DNA of 64,000 nt from Bdellovibrionota bacterium (GTDB lineage: Bacteria; Bdellovibrionota_C; UBA2361; CALJRW01): the NCBI GenBank assembly GCA_041740355.1, contig JBGSMD010000051.1, positions 96,001 to 160,000 on the forward strand, read 5' to 3'. The position numbers were made by a program, and so were the translations under genes. A model generated the notes under the pieces. It did not search any database, was not told the origin of the DNA, and saw nothing but the letters and a program-made list of their open reading frames with translations. This document shows positions 39,666-49,021 of the stretch, in pieces (position 1 is the first letter of the stretch; each line of letters starts with the position of its first letter).

Positions 39666-41165
39666 GTGACGAAAGCTTTGTCCCCGGCAATATCACTGCT
39701 GATTTTATCTCTCGGTGGTATTGCTTTGGGACTAGCCTGGCTTCTCCCTCATACAATTCTTTCGGCGTTGCTTGGATTCACTGCTCTCTTCGCACTCCTA
39801 CTTCCCCTTCAAAACAAATCGAATTCTTACCTAGGCTATTTTCTTTTCGGAATGACGGCCAATGCCTCTGCCTTCTATTGGCTGATTCCAACCATCTCTG
39901 ATTTCGGAGGTTATCCACAAACTATTAGCATAGCGCTTTATGCCCTGTTCGCATTTTATCACGCAGGTCTTTATCTTTTATTTCTTTTTCTATTTAGAAA
40001 ACTAACAAGTCGCTTCCCGAGTTTCCCAATTATATGTGCGTTCGGAGCCTGGTCGACTGCTAAATATATATACCCTGAAATCTTCCCTTGGCATTTTTCA
40101 CATACAATTATTGAACTCCGATCTTTAGTCCAGGTTGTTGATCTTGGAGGAAGCATGCTGGCAACAGGAGTAATGTTTTTGATAGTAGCAATAGTTTTTC
40201 AGATCATAAATTATGAATTTAAAAGCCGAACCTTTTTGATCAATGTTTTGATTTTGCTGGCAACATTAATTTATGGAATGATCAGAACAAATCATTTCGA
40301 TCTGCTTCCAGCGACAGAGAAAAAAATTAGTATTGTTCAGTCCGAAGTATCCATTCAGAAAAGCCAAGGGGTTTCTTACTTAGCTGCAGACCCTAATCGC
40401 TATTTAGCTTTAAGCGAAGCGCTAGTGCCAACGAATCAGCCGGACTTAATAATTTGGCCAGAAACGGTGATCGTTCGTCCAGTTCCATCCAACATCCGCT
40501 CTGTTAATGAATCGGCATCAATTCCCTATATTGAAAATACAAATCTAATTACGGGCTCACTTAGCTTCACTAATGAAGACATCCATAATTCAGCTTTTGC
40601 GATTCTAGCTTCAGGAGATATTTTACCCCCTTACCATAAACAAATTTTAATGCCCTTTGGTGAATTCATGCCGCTAGCCGAAACTTTTCCCTTTCTGGCT
40701 GATTTAAATCCTAATTTTGCTCCGATTACACCGGGAAATGAAATCAGAATATTTAATTTGGCGAATGGGATTAAAGCTGTACCACTTATTTGTTATGAAG
40801 ATCTGACCCCCGCAATTAGTCGTGAGGCTAGCGCTCAAGGAGGAAATATCTTGGTAAATATCAGTAATGATGCCTGGTTTGGAAAATCCGCTGCCGCCTT
40901 ACAACACAATTTAATTGCCAGTTTTCGAGCTATTGAGAATCGACGCTTTTTAGCCAGGGCTACAAATTCTGGACTGTCGGCGGTAATCGATCCCACTGGT
41001 CAAGTAGTTGCACAAATTCCACTTTTTACAGAGGGACTGATTAATACTAAAATCAAACTAATTGAAGAGCGGACTATATTTACGAATTTTTATGGTTCTT
41101 ATTTTTGGTTAATGGTAGTAATTATATCTCTATTAATGTTAGTTTGCAGAAAAGCTCAAAAATGA
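39666..41165 (+). CDS. lnt: Apolipoprotein N-acyltransferase
   Basis: WPE, K..L.PFGE..P, ICYE, N.SNDAWFG, RAIE and RATNSG.S. Confidence 0.92.
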   Translation: MTKALSPAISLLILSLGGIALGLAWLLPHTILSALLGFTALFALLLPLQNKSNSYLGYFLFGMTANASAFYWLIPTISDFGGYPQTISIALYALFAFYHAGLYLLFLFLFRKLTSRFPSFPIICAFGAWSTAKYIYPEIFPWHFSHTIIELRSLVQVVDLGGSMLATGVMFLIVAIVFQIINYEFKSRTFLINVLILLATLIYGMIRTNHFDLLPATEKKISIVQSEVSIQKSQGVSYLAADPNRYLALSEALVPTNQPDLIIWPETVIVRPVPSNIRSVNESASIPYIENTNLITGSLSFTNEDIHNSAFAILASGDILPPYHKQILMPFGEFMPLAETFPFLADLNPNFAPITPGNEIRIFNLANGIKAVPLICYEDLTPAISREASAQGGNILVNISNDAWFGKSAAALQHNLIASFRAIENRRFLARATNSGLSAVIDPTGQVVAQIPLFTEGLINTKIKLIEERTIFTNFYGSYFWLMVVIISLLMLVCRKAQK

Positions 41166-41875
41166 AAAAAATTATTACCTTAACTCTTAAGTCAATCCCA
41201 TTATGCTGTCTAATACTAGTTGCCTGTTCTTCCCCAAAAGCAGGACCGGATAAAACTGTTGGTGGAGCAGTATTAGGAGCTGCCTGGGGAGCTGGTGCTG
41301 GAGCTATCGTTGGCAATCAATTAACACCTGGACGTACAGGCGAAGGTGCCGCGGTTGGCGCCGGTGTCGGTATAGTTTCGGGGGCATTACAAGGTGCCGG
41401 GTATGACCAAGTTGAAGATGAATTATTAGTTTATGAAGAAGAAATAGAAGATTTGAGAATTAGAAACATGGCCAACGGTCAACAAATTGCCAATCTTCAA
41501 GCAAGATTAGATGGGGATCAGGCTTTAGAACTTGCTGCTAACGTCTATCAAGTTTTTTTTGAATCAGATGCTACGAATTTAAAGTCAGGCTCCATTAATA
41601 ACCTAGAGCAAATCGCCGATCAGTTTATTAACAACTCACGCATTTCCAAGGTTTATGTTGTGGGACACACAGATGAAACTGGTGACGATAAATATAACAT
41701 TAAACTTTCCAAAGAACGAGCGGAATCAGTAGCGGCATATCTAAAAGGTCGGGGAATTAGTAATCATCAGATAATTGTAAGCTATGAGGGTGCCAATAAG
41801 CCGATTGCGACAAATAATACGGCCGAAGGAAAACAGTTAAATCGCCGGGTTGATGTAACAGTTAGTCTGAATTAA
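41162..41875 (+). CDS. Glycine-zipper OmpA-family lipoprotein
   Basis: Start ATG 41162, lipobox LVAC, glycine zipper, coiled coil, and GHTD..G...YN..LS..RA / NRRV. Confidence 0.88.
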   Translation: MKKIITLTLKSIPLCCLILVACSSPKAGPDKTVGGAVLGAAWGAGAGAIVGNQLTPGRTGEGAAVGAGVGIVSGALQGAGYDQVEDELLVYEEEIEDLRIRNMANGQQIANLQARLDGDQALELAANVYQVFFESDATNLKSGSINNLEQIADQFINNSRISKVYVVGHTDETGDDKYNIKLSKERAESVAAYLKGRGISNHQIIVSYEGANKPIATNNTAEGKQLNRRVDVTVSLN

Positions 41876-42092
41876 GCCTATAAAATAATTAAATACTATA
41901 ATCTAATGTAATCCTAGAGAGTTTGCTCTTTTACCAGACTAACTTTACTATAATTCCTAAAATTGATATAAAAACGCTTCTTTTTTTGCAATGTGCGCAA
42001 AAAAATCTGTCTAACCCTGCAATTAAATTAATAGTGTTTGAAAAAAGCCAATATTTTTATTTGGCAATAAGATAAACACTATTTATGTTGTT

Positions 42093-42167
42093 TTTGCGGT
42101 GCAAAACCTAAAATCCTCAATCGCTTAATTGGGGAGAATAGAAACCGGTATTTGCACTCGCCGTAAA
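42093..42167 (+). promoter_or_regulatory. Putative structured leader upstream of ahcY
   Basis: Stems TTTGCGG/CCGTAAA, TGCAAA/TTTGCA and TCCTCAAT/ATTGGGGA; no match recognised to SAH/SAM riboswitch consensus. Confidence 0.35.
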
Positions 42168-42211
42168 TTCAACTTTTTTGATAAGTATTTTTGAAATTTA
42201 CTATTAGCTAA

Positions 42212-43525
42212 ATGAACATGAAAAACTCTTCCTTCACTGATTACAAAGTTAAAAACATTGAACTAGCCGAAGTCGGCCGAAAAATGATCGAAATGTCAGA
42301 AAAAGAAATGCCAGGTCTAATGTCGCTTCGCGAGGAATTTGGCAAAGAGCAACCACTTAAAGGTGCCCGTATTTCTGGTTCTTTACACATGACAATTGAA
42401 ACAGCTGTTTTGATTGAAACTTTAGTTCAACTTGGTGCTGAAGTTCGCTGGGCAAGTTGCAATATTTTTTCAACTCAAGATGAAGCTGCTGCAGCAATCG
42501 CTGCTGCTGGTATTCCAGTATTTGCTTGGAAGGGAGAAACTGAAGCAGAATATGATTGGTGCATGGAACAAACGATTATGTTTGGTGACAAGGGTCCTAA
42601 CATGATTCTAGATGATGGTGGTGACCTAACAAAACTGATTCATGAGAAATATGCTCATCTATTAACTGAGATCAAAGGTGTATCGGAAGAAACAACAACT
42701 GGGGTTCTTCGTTTAAACCAAATGTTACAAAAGGGCTTGTTAAAAATCCCAGCATTTAACGTTAACGATTCTGTGACTAAATCTAAATTTGATAATCTAT
42801 ATGGTTGCCAAGAATCTTTAGCTGACGGAATCAAAAGAGCAACAGATGTAATGATAGCTGGTAAAGTTGTTGTTGTAGCGGGATATGGAGATGTTGGTAA
42901 AGGTTCAGCTCGTTCCATGAAGGCTTATGGTGCCAGAGTACTTGTAACTGAAATTGATCCAATCTGTGCGCTACAAGCTGCGATGGAAGGATTTGAAGTA
43001 GTTACAATGGAAACAGCAGCTCCTAAAGGTGATATCTTTGTGACGGCTACTGGGAATTTAAATGTAATTCAAGCTGCTCATTTTTTAGAAATGAAAGATC
43101 ATGCAATTCTTTGTAATATAGGTCACTTTGATAATGAAATTGACATGGCTTGGTTAGAGAAAAAGTCTGGTGCTAAAGAAATTAATATCAAACCTCAAGT
43201 TGATCGTTTCATTATGCCATCTGGAAAATCTTTAATTGTTCTTGCTCGTGGTCGTTTAGTTAACTTAGGTTGCGGAACTGGTCACCCAAGTTTTGTAATG
43301 TCTAGTTCTTTCACTAACCAAGTCTTGGCTCAGATCGAACTTTACAAAAATGCTGGGAAATATAAGATTGGAGTCTACACATTACCAAAACAGTTAGATG
43401 AAAAAGTTGCTCGACTACACCTTGGTAAACTTGGTGTTGAACTTACTAAATTAACTGCACAACAAGCTGAGTATATTGGTGCTTCAGTGGAAGGACCATT
43501 TAAGCCAGACCATTATCGTTATTAA
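42212..43525 (+). CDS. ahcY: Adenosylhomocysteinase
   Basis: [46 protein letters not shown] and [10 protein letters not shown]. Confidence 0.97.
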   Translation: MNMKNSSFTDYKVKNIELAEVGRKMIEMSEKEMPGLMSLREEFGKEQPLKGARISGSLHMTIETAVLIETLVQLGAEVRWASCNIFSTQDEAAAAIAAAGIPVFAWKGETEAEYDWCMEQTIMFGDKGPNMILDDGGDLTKLIHEKYAHLLTEIKGVSEETTTGVLRLNQMLQKGLLKIPAFNVNDSVTKSKFDNLYGCQESLADGIKRATDVMIAGKVVVVAGYGDVGKGSARSMKAYGARVLVTEIDPICALQAAMEGFEVVTMETAAPKGDIFVTATGNLNVIQAAHFLEMKDHAILCNIGHFDNEIDMAWLEKKSGAKEINIKPQVDRFIMPSGKSLIVLARGRLVNLGCGTGHPSFVMSSSFTNQVLAQIELYKNAGKYKIGVYTLPKQLDEKVARLHLGKLGVELTKLTAQQAEYIGASVEGPFKPDHYRY

Positions 43526-43535
43526 CATATAAGCA

Positions 43536-43563
43536 AATACGATCAGCTTAAGCTGATCGTATT
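43536..43563. terminator. Perfect 28-bp palindrome after ahcY (putative terminator)
   Basis: AATACGATCAGCTTAAGCTGATCGTATT. Confidence 0.6.
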
Positions 43564-43593
43564 AAAAATTTTTTAAATACTGGAAATATTATC

Positions 43594-43707
43594 ATGGGAA
43601 AAGGTGATCCTAAAACAAAACGTGGAAAAATCTTTAAAGGTTCTAATGGCAATAGTCGTAAAAAGAAAACGACTAAAGTTGTTGTTCCTACAAAAACTAA
43701 AAAATAA
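43594..43707 (+). CDS. thx: 30S ribosomal protein bTHX (bS31), missing from ORF track
   Basis: Translates MGKGDPKTKRGKIFKGSNGNSRKKKTTKVVVPTKTKK*, carrying the MGKGD.KT.RGKI..GS.G..R signature; GGA upstream. Confidence 0.9.
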   Translation: MGKGDPKTKRGKIFKGSNGNSRKKKTTKVVVPTKTKK

Positions 43708-43717
43708 CTAAACATCC

Positions 43718-44605
43718 ATGATCCGACTGTTCGCCATTCTTACAACTATTGTTGTAATTGCTAGCGATCTAGTCGCATGTCCTAGAATCGATCGCAAAAT
43801 GATCGATTTTAATTGTGACCAACAATACAAAGTTGCTGTCGTTGGTGATAGTATTGTCAAAGGAGTGGATGGTGATAGCTTGGACCCATTCTATGATGGT
43901 GATGGTGGCTACGTAGCAAGACTTGAAGCTCAAACCGGCTATACTTTTTCTAATATTGGTATTCGTGGTATTCGCAGTGATCAATTACTTCGAGATTTTA
44001 AACGTAATATCAATAAGAAACTAACTTCCAAGTTACTAAAAGATGCCGATATCGTCATTATTGATGTTGGGAGAAATGATTTCTGGAACTCCCCACTTGA
44101 GCAGATCACACTACCGACAGTCAGAAACATTAAAAGAATTGTTAGTTTTCTAAAAAAAGTCTACCAGAAAAGAGATTCTAAAGTTGTTCCCTATTTCATG
44201 GTAGCAACACTTATCCCCACAACTCGCACTAATATTCATGAATTAGATCTGCAATTATTTGTAGACGATCTAAATCAAAACTTGCGTCGTTTTAAATCAC
44301 GTGGCCTACCGGTAGAGTTATTTTTTGATGAAGAATTTGATATTAATATTTTGGGGGCGGATCTATTACACCCAAGTTCTACTGGATATCAAGAAATTGC
44401 TGATTTTCTTGAGACTGATTTACGAGGCCGAGTAAATAAAATCTTAAAATCTAAAAGAAAAGATTTAGATCGTGATAAAATCTATGATATCTTCGAAACT
44501 TGGTTTGGTATGGATCCAACTAATCCAGATACCAATGGAGATGGAATCCTTGATGGCAATGAAGTCTTCGTTCAATCTTTAGATGAAAGTGATAATTTTA
44601 AATAG
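43718..44605 (+). CDS. Exported SGNH/GDSL hydrolase with C-terminal Ca-binding (TSP3-like) repeat
   Basis: Signal peptide, VGDSI, N.G..G, G.ND, D.LHP and [11 protein letters not shown]. Confidence 0.82.
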   Translation: MIRLFAILTTIVVIASDLVACPRIDRKMIDFNCDQQYKVAVVGDSIVKGVDGDSLDPFYDGDGGYVARLEAQTGYTFSNIGIRGIRSDQLLRDFKRNINKKLTSKLLKDADIVIIDVGRNDFWNSPLEQITLPTVRNIKRIVSFLKKVYQKRDSKVVPYFMVATLIPTTRTNIHELDLQLFVDDLNQNLRRFKSRGLPVELFFDEEFDINILGADLLHPSSTGYQEIADFLETDLRGRVNKILKSKRKDLDRDKIYDIFETWFGMDPTNPDTNGDGILDGNEVFVQSLDESDNFK

Positions 44606-44613
44606 GATATTTC

Positions 44614-45009
44614 ATGTCAATAATTAATGAGTTCAAAGAGTTCGCAATCAAAGGTAATATGGTTGATATGGCAGTTGGAATTATCATTGGCGGAGCCTTT
44701 GGTAAAATTGTTTCTTCACTAGTGAATGATTTGATCATGCCACCAGTGGGATTAATCATGGGAGGAACTGATTTTACAAACTTAAAGGTGACTCTTAAAG
44801 AAGCAATTGATAAAAGTCCTGCTGTTACTTTTAATTATGGTAGCTTTTTACAGACTTCCCTAGATTTTTTAATTTTAGCTTTCTGTATTTTTTTGATGAT
44901 TAAAGCGATTAATAAAATTAAAAAAGATGCTCCTGAGGCACCTATTGCCGGACCAACAGCTGAAGAAAAGTTATTAATAGAAATTCGCGATTTATTAAAG
45001 AAACAGTAA
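44614..45009 (+). CDS. mscL: Large-conductance mechanosensitive channel
   Basis: [30 protein letters not shown] and LL.EIRDLL. Confidence 0.96.
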   Translation: MSIINEFKEFAIKGNMVDMAVGIIIGGAFGKIVSSLVNDLIMPPVGLIMGGTDFTNLKVTLKEAIDKSPAVTFNYGSFLQTSLDFLILAFCIFLMIKAINKIKKDAPEAPIAGPTAEEKLLIEIRDLLKKQ

Positions 45010-45058
45010 GGATAATAAGCTTTAATCTAACCAAATATAAAAGATTAAGTGTTGTCTT

Positions 45059-45116
45059 TATATAGTTAAGTCCAAAAAGTAATTCCCAATGGAAATTATT
45101 TTTTGGATTTTCTATA
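45059..45116 (-). mobile_element. Partial MITE-like copy (terminal hairpin only)
   Basis: TATATAGTTAAGTCCAAAAAGTAATTCCCAATGGAAATTATTTTTTGGATTTTCTATA. Confidence 0.7.
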
Positions 45117-45138
45117 TTTAGCGGCTTTATAAAATAGG

Positions 45139-45207
45139 GCTTCCACCTTCGCTAAAGCTTCGGCGGACAAGAAAGCTTCGGCGGATATGAAAGTTACGGC
45201 GGGCAAG
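45139..45207 (-). repeat. REP-like unit plus two 18-bp half-unit tandem repeats
   Basis: Reverse complement CTTGTCCGCCGAAGCTTTAGCGAAGGTGGAAGC is 31/33 identical to 56269-56301; followed by AAAGCTTCGGCGGATATG and AAAGTTACGGCGGGCAAG. Confidence 0.78.
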
Positions 45208-45223
45208 TATCAAGTTTAAATGC

Positions 45224-45937
45224 CTACTTAAGTAATCCTCTTAGGAAATAAAAAGCATGCTTGGGGCTAAGCTTAGATTTACCATTTGTCCGAAATGAAA
45301 ACTGATATTGAATCTCCTGATAACTTGTATCCTTTGGAAATATCTTTAATAAATCAAAAAAGACCTTGTAACCCAGGGGTTCAAAACGTAGTTCGTGTTC
45401 TTTAATTAACTTTTGACAATCTTGTGAATTAGATAAAAAGAAACCAGACATCGGATCACTAACTATTAATCCTTTCACAATTTTTAAATATAATTTTGCC
45501 AATAGTGTTGCCGATTTTGTAATAACAATCCTGTGCCACCCTTGATTTTCTTGATAAGGTTTTCTGACCCCTGCTACAATTTTAGTACCATTTCTTGCTA
45601 GATCATATAAATCTTTAATTAAAAGTGGTGGATGCTGTAAGTCAGCATCGATAACTAGAAAATACTTTGTTTCTGCTTCTTGGATTGCTTCCATCACACT
45701 GGCAGTCAGACCTTTCACAGGCTTTGCGGAACGATCCAGTAACTTGATTTTAGGATTTTTAATAATCCAATCACGAACAATCTCAGCAGTGCGATCTTTA
45801 CTACCATCATCAGCAATAATAATACTTGCGCCTGTGTAGATCTCGGTCAAAACTCGTAATAACTCAGGAATATTTTGTTCCTCATTCAGCGTTGGAGAAA
45901 TAATTGTTAAATCAGAAAAGTCTTTTTGTTCAGTCAT
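45224..45937 (-). CDS. GT2 polyprenol-phosphate mannosyltransferase-like glycosyltransferase
   Basis: PT.NE..NI, DDGS.D.T, DADLQHPP, SDPMSGFF and R..G.SKL. Confidence 0.85.
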   Translation of the reverse strand: MTEQKDFSDLTIISPTLNEEQNIPELLRVLTEIYTGASIIIADDGSKDRTAEIVRDWIIKNPKIKLLDRSAKPVKGLTASVMEAIQEAETKYFLVIDADLQHPPLLIKDLYDLARNGTKIVAGVRKPYQENQGWHRIVITKSATLLAKLYLKIVKGLIVSDPMSGFFLSNSQDCQKLIKEHELRFEPLGYKVFFDLLKIFPKDTSYQEIQYQFSFRTNGKSKLSPKHAFYFLRGLLK

Positions 45938-46881
45938 TTAGCCAGTTTTAAATTCTCACGAATACGATCATGAATTGGACGAGAATCTACTGCTAATTCA
46001 CGACCCATTAAGCGTGCAAAGGAACTTAAATATAAATTAGCGACAGATTTTCGATACTCATCGCTTATTGTTGGAACAGGACCCTCTCCATTAAAACCCT
46101 GTTGCAATAACCATGCACGCACATTTTGCTTATCCAACATTATGGGGCTGCTTCCCGAAGCAAAAGCTTCCTCGTAAGAAGACTCCTCCCAATAGCGCGA
46201 AGAATCAAGGGTATGAATTTCATCAGCAAGGATTAACTTCCCCTGATAAATTCCAAATTCATACTTTGTATCAACTAAAATTAAACCTTTTTTCTTAGCA
46301 ATTTGCTGACCTCGCTGAAACAAAGCAATTGCTTTCTCGCGTAATTCTTGCCACAAGGCAACAGGCACTAAACCTGTTCTAATAATTTCCTTTTCTGAGA
46401 TTGGGAGATCATGATCTCCTTGTGGTGCTTTAGTCGATGGGGTAATCAAAGGTTCGGCGAACTTGGAGAATGCCTTTAAGCCAACAGGTAATTTAACCCC
46501 TGAAATCTCCCTTCCAGCTTGATAATCAAGAATTGCACTACCTGCAAGGTAACCACGAACTACTACTTCAACAGGAACCATTTGCGCTTGTTTAACAAGC
46601 ATTACGTTTGGATCCGGATGATCAATAAGGTGATTTTCAATAATATCAGCGGTCAATTTAAAATTCTCCATGGCCATTTCTGTGATAACCTGACCTTTAA
46701 ATGGAATTGTAGTAAGAATTCGATCAAAAGCGCTAAGTCGATCAGTAGTAATTAAATAGCTTACATCCTTGGAAAAATAACAATCTCTTACTTTACCCAC
46801 ATACTTATCACCAAGTCGTGAATAGTCTGTTTCAACCAGAACATTATTTAAATTTTCAGTAATCAACTTATCATATTTCAT
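45934..46881 (-). CDS. purC: SAICAR synthetase
   Basis: GKVRD, TDRLSAFD, IP.KG, E.VVRGY..GS, TPSTKA, DTKYEFG and DE..T.DSSRYW. Confidence 0.95.
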   Translation of the reverse strand: MKYDKLITENLNNVLVETDYSRLGDKYVGKVRDCYFSKDVSYLITTDRLSAFDRILTTIPFKGQVITEMAMENFKLTADIIENHLIDHPDPNVMLVKQAQMVPVEVVVRGYLAGSAILDYQAGREISGVKLPVGLKAFSKFAEPLITPSTKAPQGDHDLPISEKEIIRTGLVPVALWQELREKAIALFQRGQQIAKKKGLILVDTKYEFGIYQGKLILADEIHTLDSSRYWEESSYEEAFASGSSPIMLDKQNVRAWLLQQGFNGEGPVPTISDEYRKSVANLYLSSFARLMGRELAVDSRPIHDRIRENLKLAK

Positions 46882-47962
46882 GTTTTGTCTTTTTTGGTTT
46901 CTTTCTGTTATGTAGTTGCTTGATCAATTTTAAATTCCACTCCGCTATCTGCAGCGCCCGATAAGGAAAATTAAGTGGATTTTTAATCGTTTTTAAACTA
47001 CTAATGGCTCTAAACTTTTTCGGTATTTTTTTTCTCCATTTCTTGGCATTATAAAGAACTTTCAAATATTTTAATAATCCAACATTATTATTGATAGCAG
47101 CTGCTAGCTCAGGATGTTCTGCTTTTCGGACATAAAACGCCGCTCGGCGATACTCTTTTAATATACATTTGAAACTAGCATCCTGCCAAGCCTCAGAGTT
47201 ATTCAACATTTTTAAAAAAAGATAATTCGCTAACTTGAAACGTAAATAAGCTAGATGAATAGAAGATCTCCAGACCTGCGAGACTGCTCCAATTGACCTT
47301 AAATTTAATTCAGTTGGTTTACTAATTGCCGCCAGAAGTCCTGCTGTAAAATCAACTGTAGCCTGATGCGGCTTACGAAAGACCCTGATCATTGGAACAT
47401 CACTGACCAATTTTAAACCTAAATTCAGCTCCGCAGTTAATGCTAAATCGTTTAAATTTATACTATAGGGTGGGGCAATTAAAAGATTTAGTTGATTTGA
47501 ATTTCCCCAGACAATGATTCTTGCTTTTTCTTTCTTACTTAAAAGCTTTTGGGCTTCCTGATAACTACTAACTGAGTAATTTAGTTTATAGATTTTGACA
47601 TTTGAATCTTTTGGCCAAGCAAGATTTAGATCCTGTAAAAACTTACGACTTTCTTTGCCATGTAAGTCATCAGCAAAATTGGCTAAGTAAAACTGAGCCT
47701 CAAATAAATCGGGTTTTTTACTAACGATTACAAACCAAGTAATAGTAATTAATAAGGTTAAAATTATCAAGCCAGTATGCATTTTTTGATTGTTAACTTT
47801 AAGCTTTAAAGACAGAGTAATAACTAATATTGCACAGACTAACTGAGCTATTCCTGGTGCAATTAACTGCTGAGTAATAAGCAGTTGATAGCAGACGCCT
47901 AAAAGTAGAACTAAAAATAAATATAATTTGAGTTTCATTGAAGGGGACAGTGCACTGAGCAA
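46871..47962 (-). CDS. Hypothetical membrane protein
   Basis: Three N-terminal TM segments and a basic helical C-terminus; probable start ATG ~47938. Confidence 0.6.
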   Translation of the reverse strand: MLSALSPSMKLKLYLFLVLLLGVCYQLLITQQLIAPGIAQLVCAILVITLSLKLKVNNQKMHTGLIILTLLITITWFVIVSKKPDLFEAQFYLANFADDLHGKESRKFLQDLNLAWPKDSNVKIYKLNYSVSSYQEAQKLLSKKEKARIIVWGNSNQLNLLIAPPYSINLNDLALTAELNLGLKLVSDVPMIRVFRKPHQATVDFTAGLLAAISKPTELNLRSIGAVSQVWRSSIHLAYLRFKLANYLFLKMLNNSEAWQDASFKCILKEYRRAAFYVRKAEHPELAAAINNNVGLLKYLKVLYNAKKWRKKIPKKFRAISSLKTIKNPLNFPYRALQIAEWNLKLIKQLHNRKKPKKTKHEI

Positions 47963-47997
47963 AAGTTTTACAAAATCAACAGGGATTCAAAAAATCA

Positions 47998-48027
47998 TTG
48001 CCAGAATAATTTTTAGTTGACTATAAA
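47998..48027 (+). promoter_or_regulatory. Putative sigma70-like promoter
   Basis: TTGCCA-N18-TATAAA; the predicted start ~48033 coincides with the 5' arm of a long-range stem. Confidence 0.45.
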
Positions 48028-48032
48028 TTATC

Positions 48033-48442
48033 TTAGCCTTTTCTAAAGAGATTGTCACAGTCTGAGCCTTCCTTAAGATCATTTTTATTTGTAGATTTTT
48101 AAGCTCTCAAAGGACTACTCTGGGAGTATTAACTCTACCTAAATAGATCCTCCAAATAAAGATAAAGTAAGGACAAATTAAACTTAATCTGCTATTTATT
48201 ACCCATTGTTTTTTGGCTTGGGTAGCTTATTTACAACGCCTATTAATATTTAGTTTCCCAGAGACTTGCAAGTCGGAGCAAACCTCTAAGGAGTTTGAGA
48301 ACATTAAATGTATTTAGCTTTCAAAAGGTCAATACCGGAGGCCACAAAAACGGGTAGTTCCTGTCTGTTTGTTAACGACTACCTGCTTATAGTATAACGG
48401 ATTTGAATTTCATGTTAAGATTCATACCTCTTAAAAGGCTAA
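48033..48442 (+). ncRNA. Candidate ~410-nt structured ncRNA of unknown family
   Basis: Closing helix TTAGCCTTTT..AAGAG / CTCTT-AAAAGGCTAA plus at least 7 nested helices whose G-U pairs favour the + strand; no ORF. Confidence 0.55.
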
Positions 48443-48505
48443 CTTGGGGCTATTTTGATTAACCAGAACAGAATTTTTAATTGGCAAGTTTTAGTAACAA
48501 ATTAA

Positions 48506-49021
48506 ATGAGTACTCTTAAATTAGAATTTTATCCATCGCCGATTCTGCGTGAGAAGAATCTGGAGATTACTAAGATCACCCCACAAATTAAGAAACTAAT
48601 TACCAACATGATTCAAACGATGTATTACGAAGAAGGAGTTGGTCTAGCTGCACCACAAGTTGGTGTAAATTTACAACTAGCAGTTATTGATGTCTCTGAA
48701 AAACAAGCCTCTCCAATCGTCTTGATTAACCCCAAGATTATTCATACTCAAAATAAAATTAAGTCGGAGGAAGGCTGTTTAAGTATTCCTGGATATCGTG
48801 AGACAATTCCTCGCTTTCAAATTGTAAAGGTAAGTGCCCTGGATCAAGATCTTAAACCATTTGAAATCGAAGCTGATGGACTGTTAGCAAGATGTCTGCA
48901 ACATGAAATTGATCACTTACAGGGCGTACTTTTTATTGATCACCTCGGGCGACTAAAAAAGAAAATGTTTGAGAAATGGCTGCAAAACTATGATCCAGAT
49001 GCAGAAGATGAAAATGAATAA
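48506..49021 (+). CDS. def: Peptide deformylase
   Basis: GVGLAAPQVG, EGCLS and QHEIDHL.G. Confidence 0.96.
   Translation: MSTLKLEFYPSPILREKNLEITKITPQIKKLITNMIQTMYYEEGVGLAAPQVGVNLQLAVIDVSEKQASPIVLINPKIIHTQNKIKSEEGCLSIPGYRETIPRFQIVKVSALDQDLKPFEIEADGLLARCLQHEIDHLQGVLFIDHLGRLKKKMFEKWLQNYDPDAEDENE

Noticed and set aside
42000-42211. Canonical SAH or SAM-I riboswitch before ahcY
   Set aside because: No GAGGAGCG...CCAGGCUC...CGCUC (SAH) or AUC..GAG / GCAACC..GGUGC / GAU (SAM-I) pattern.
48033-48470. RNase P RNA, tmRNA, group I intron or c-di-GMP riboswitch identity for the large structured region
   Set aside because: Only isolated fragments resemble these (GGAGCAA, GACTA, GCAAAC, GGGGCT); the conserved cores and their order are absent.
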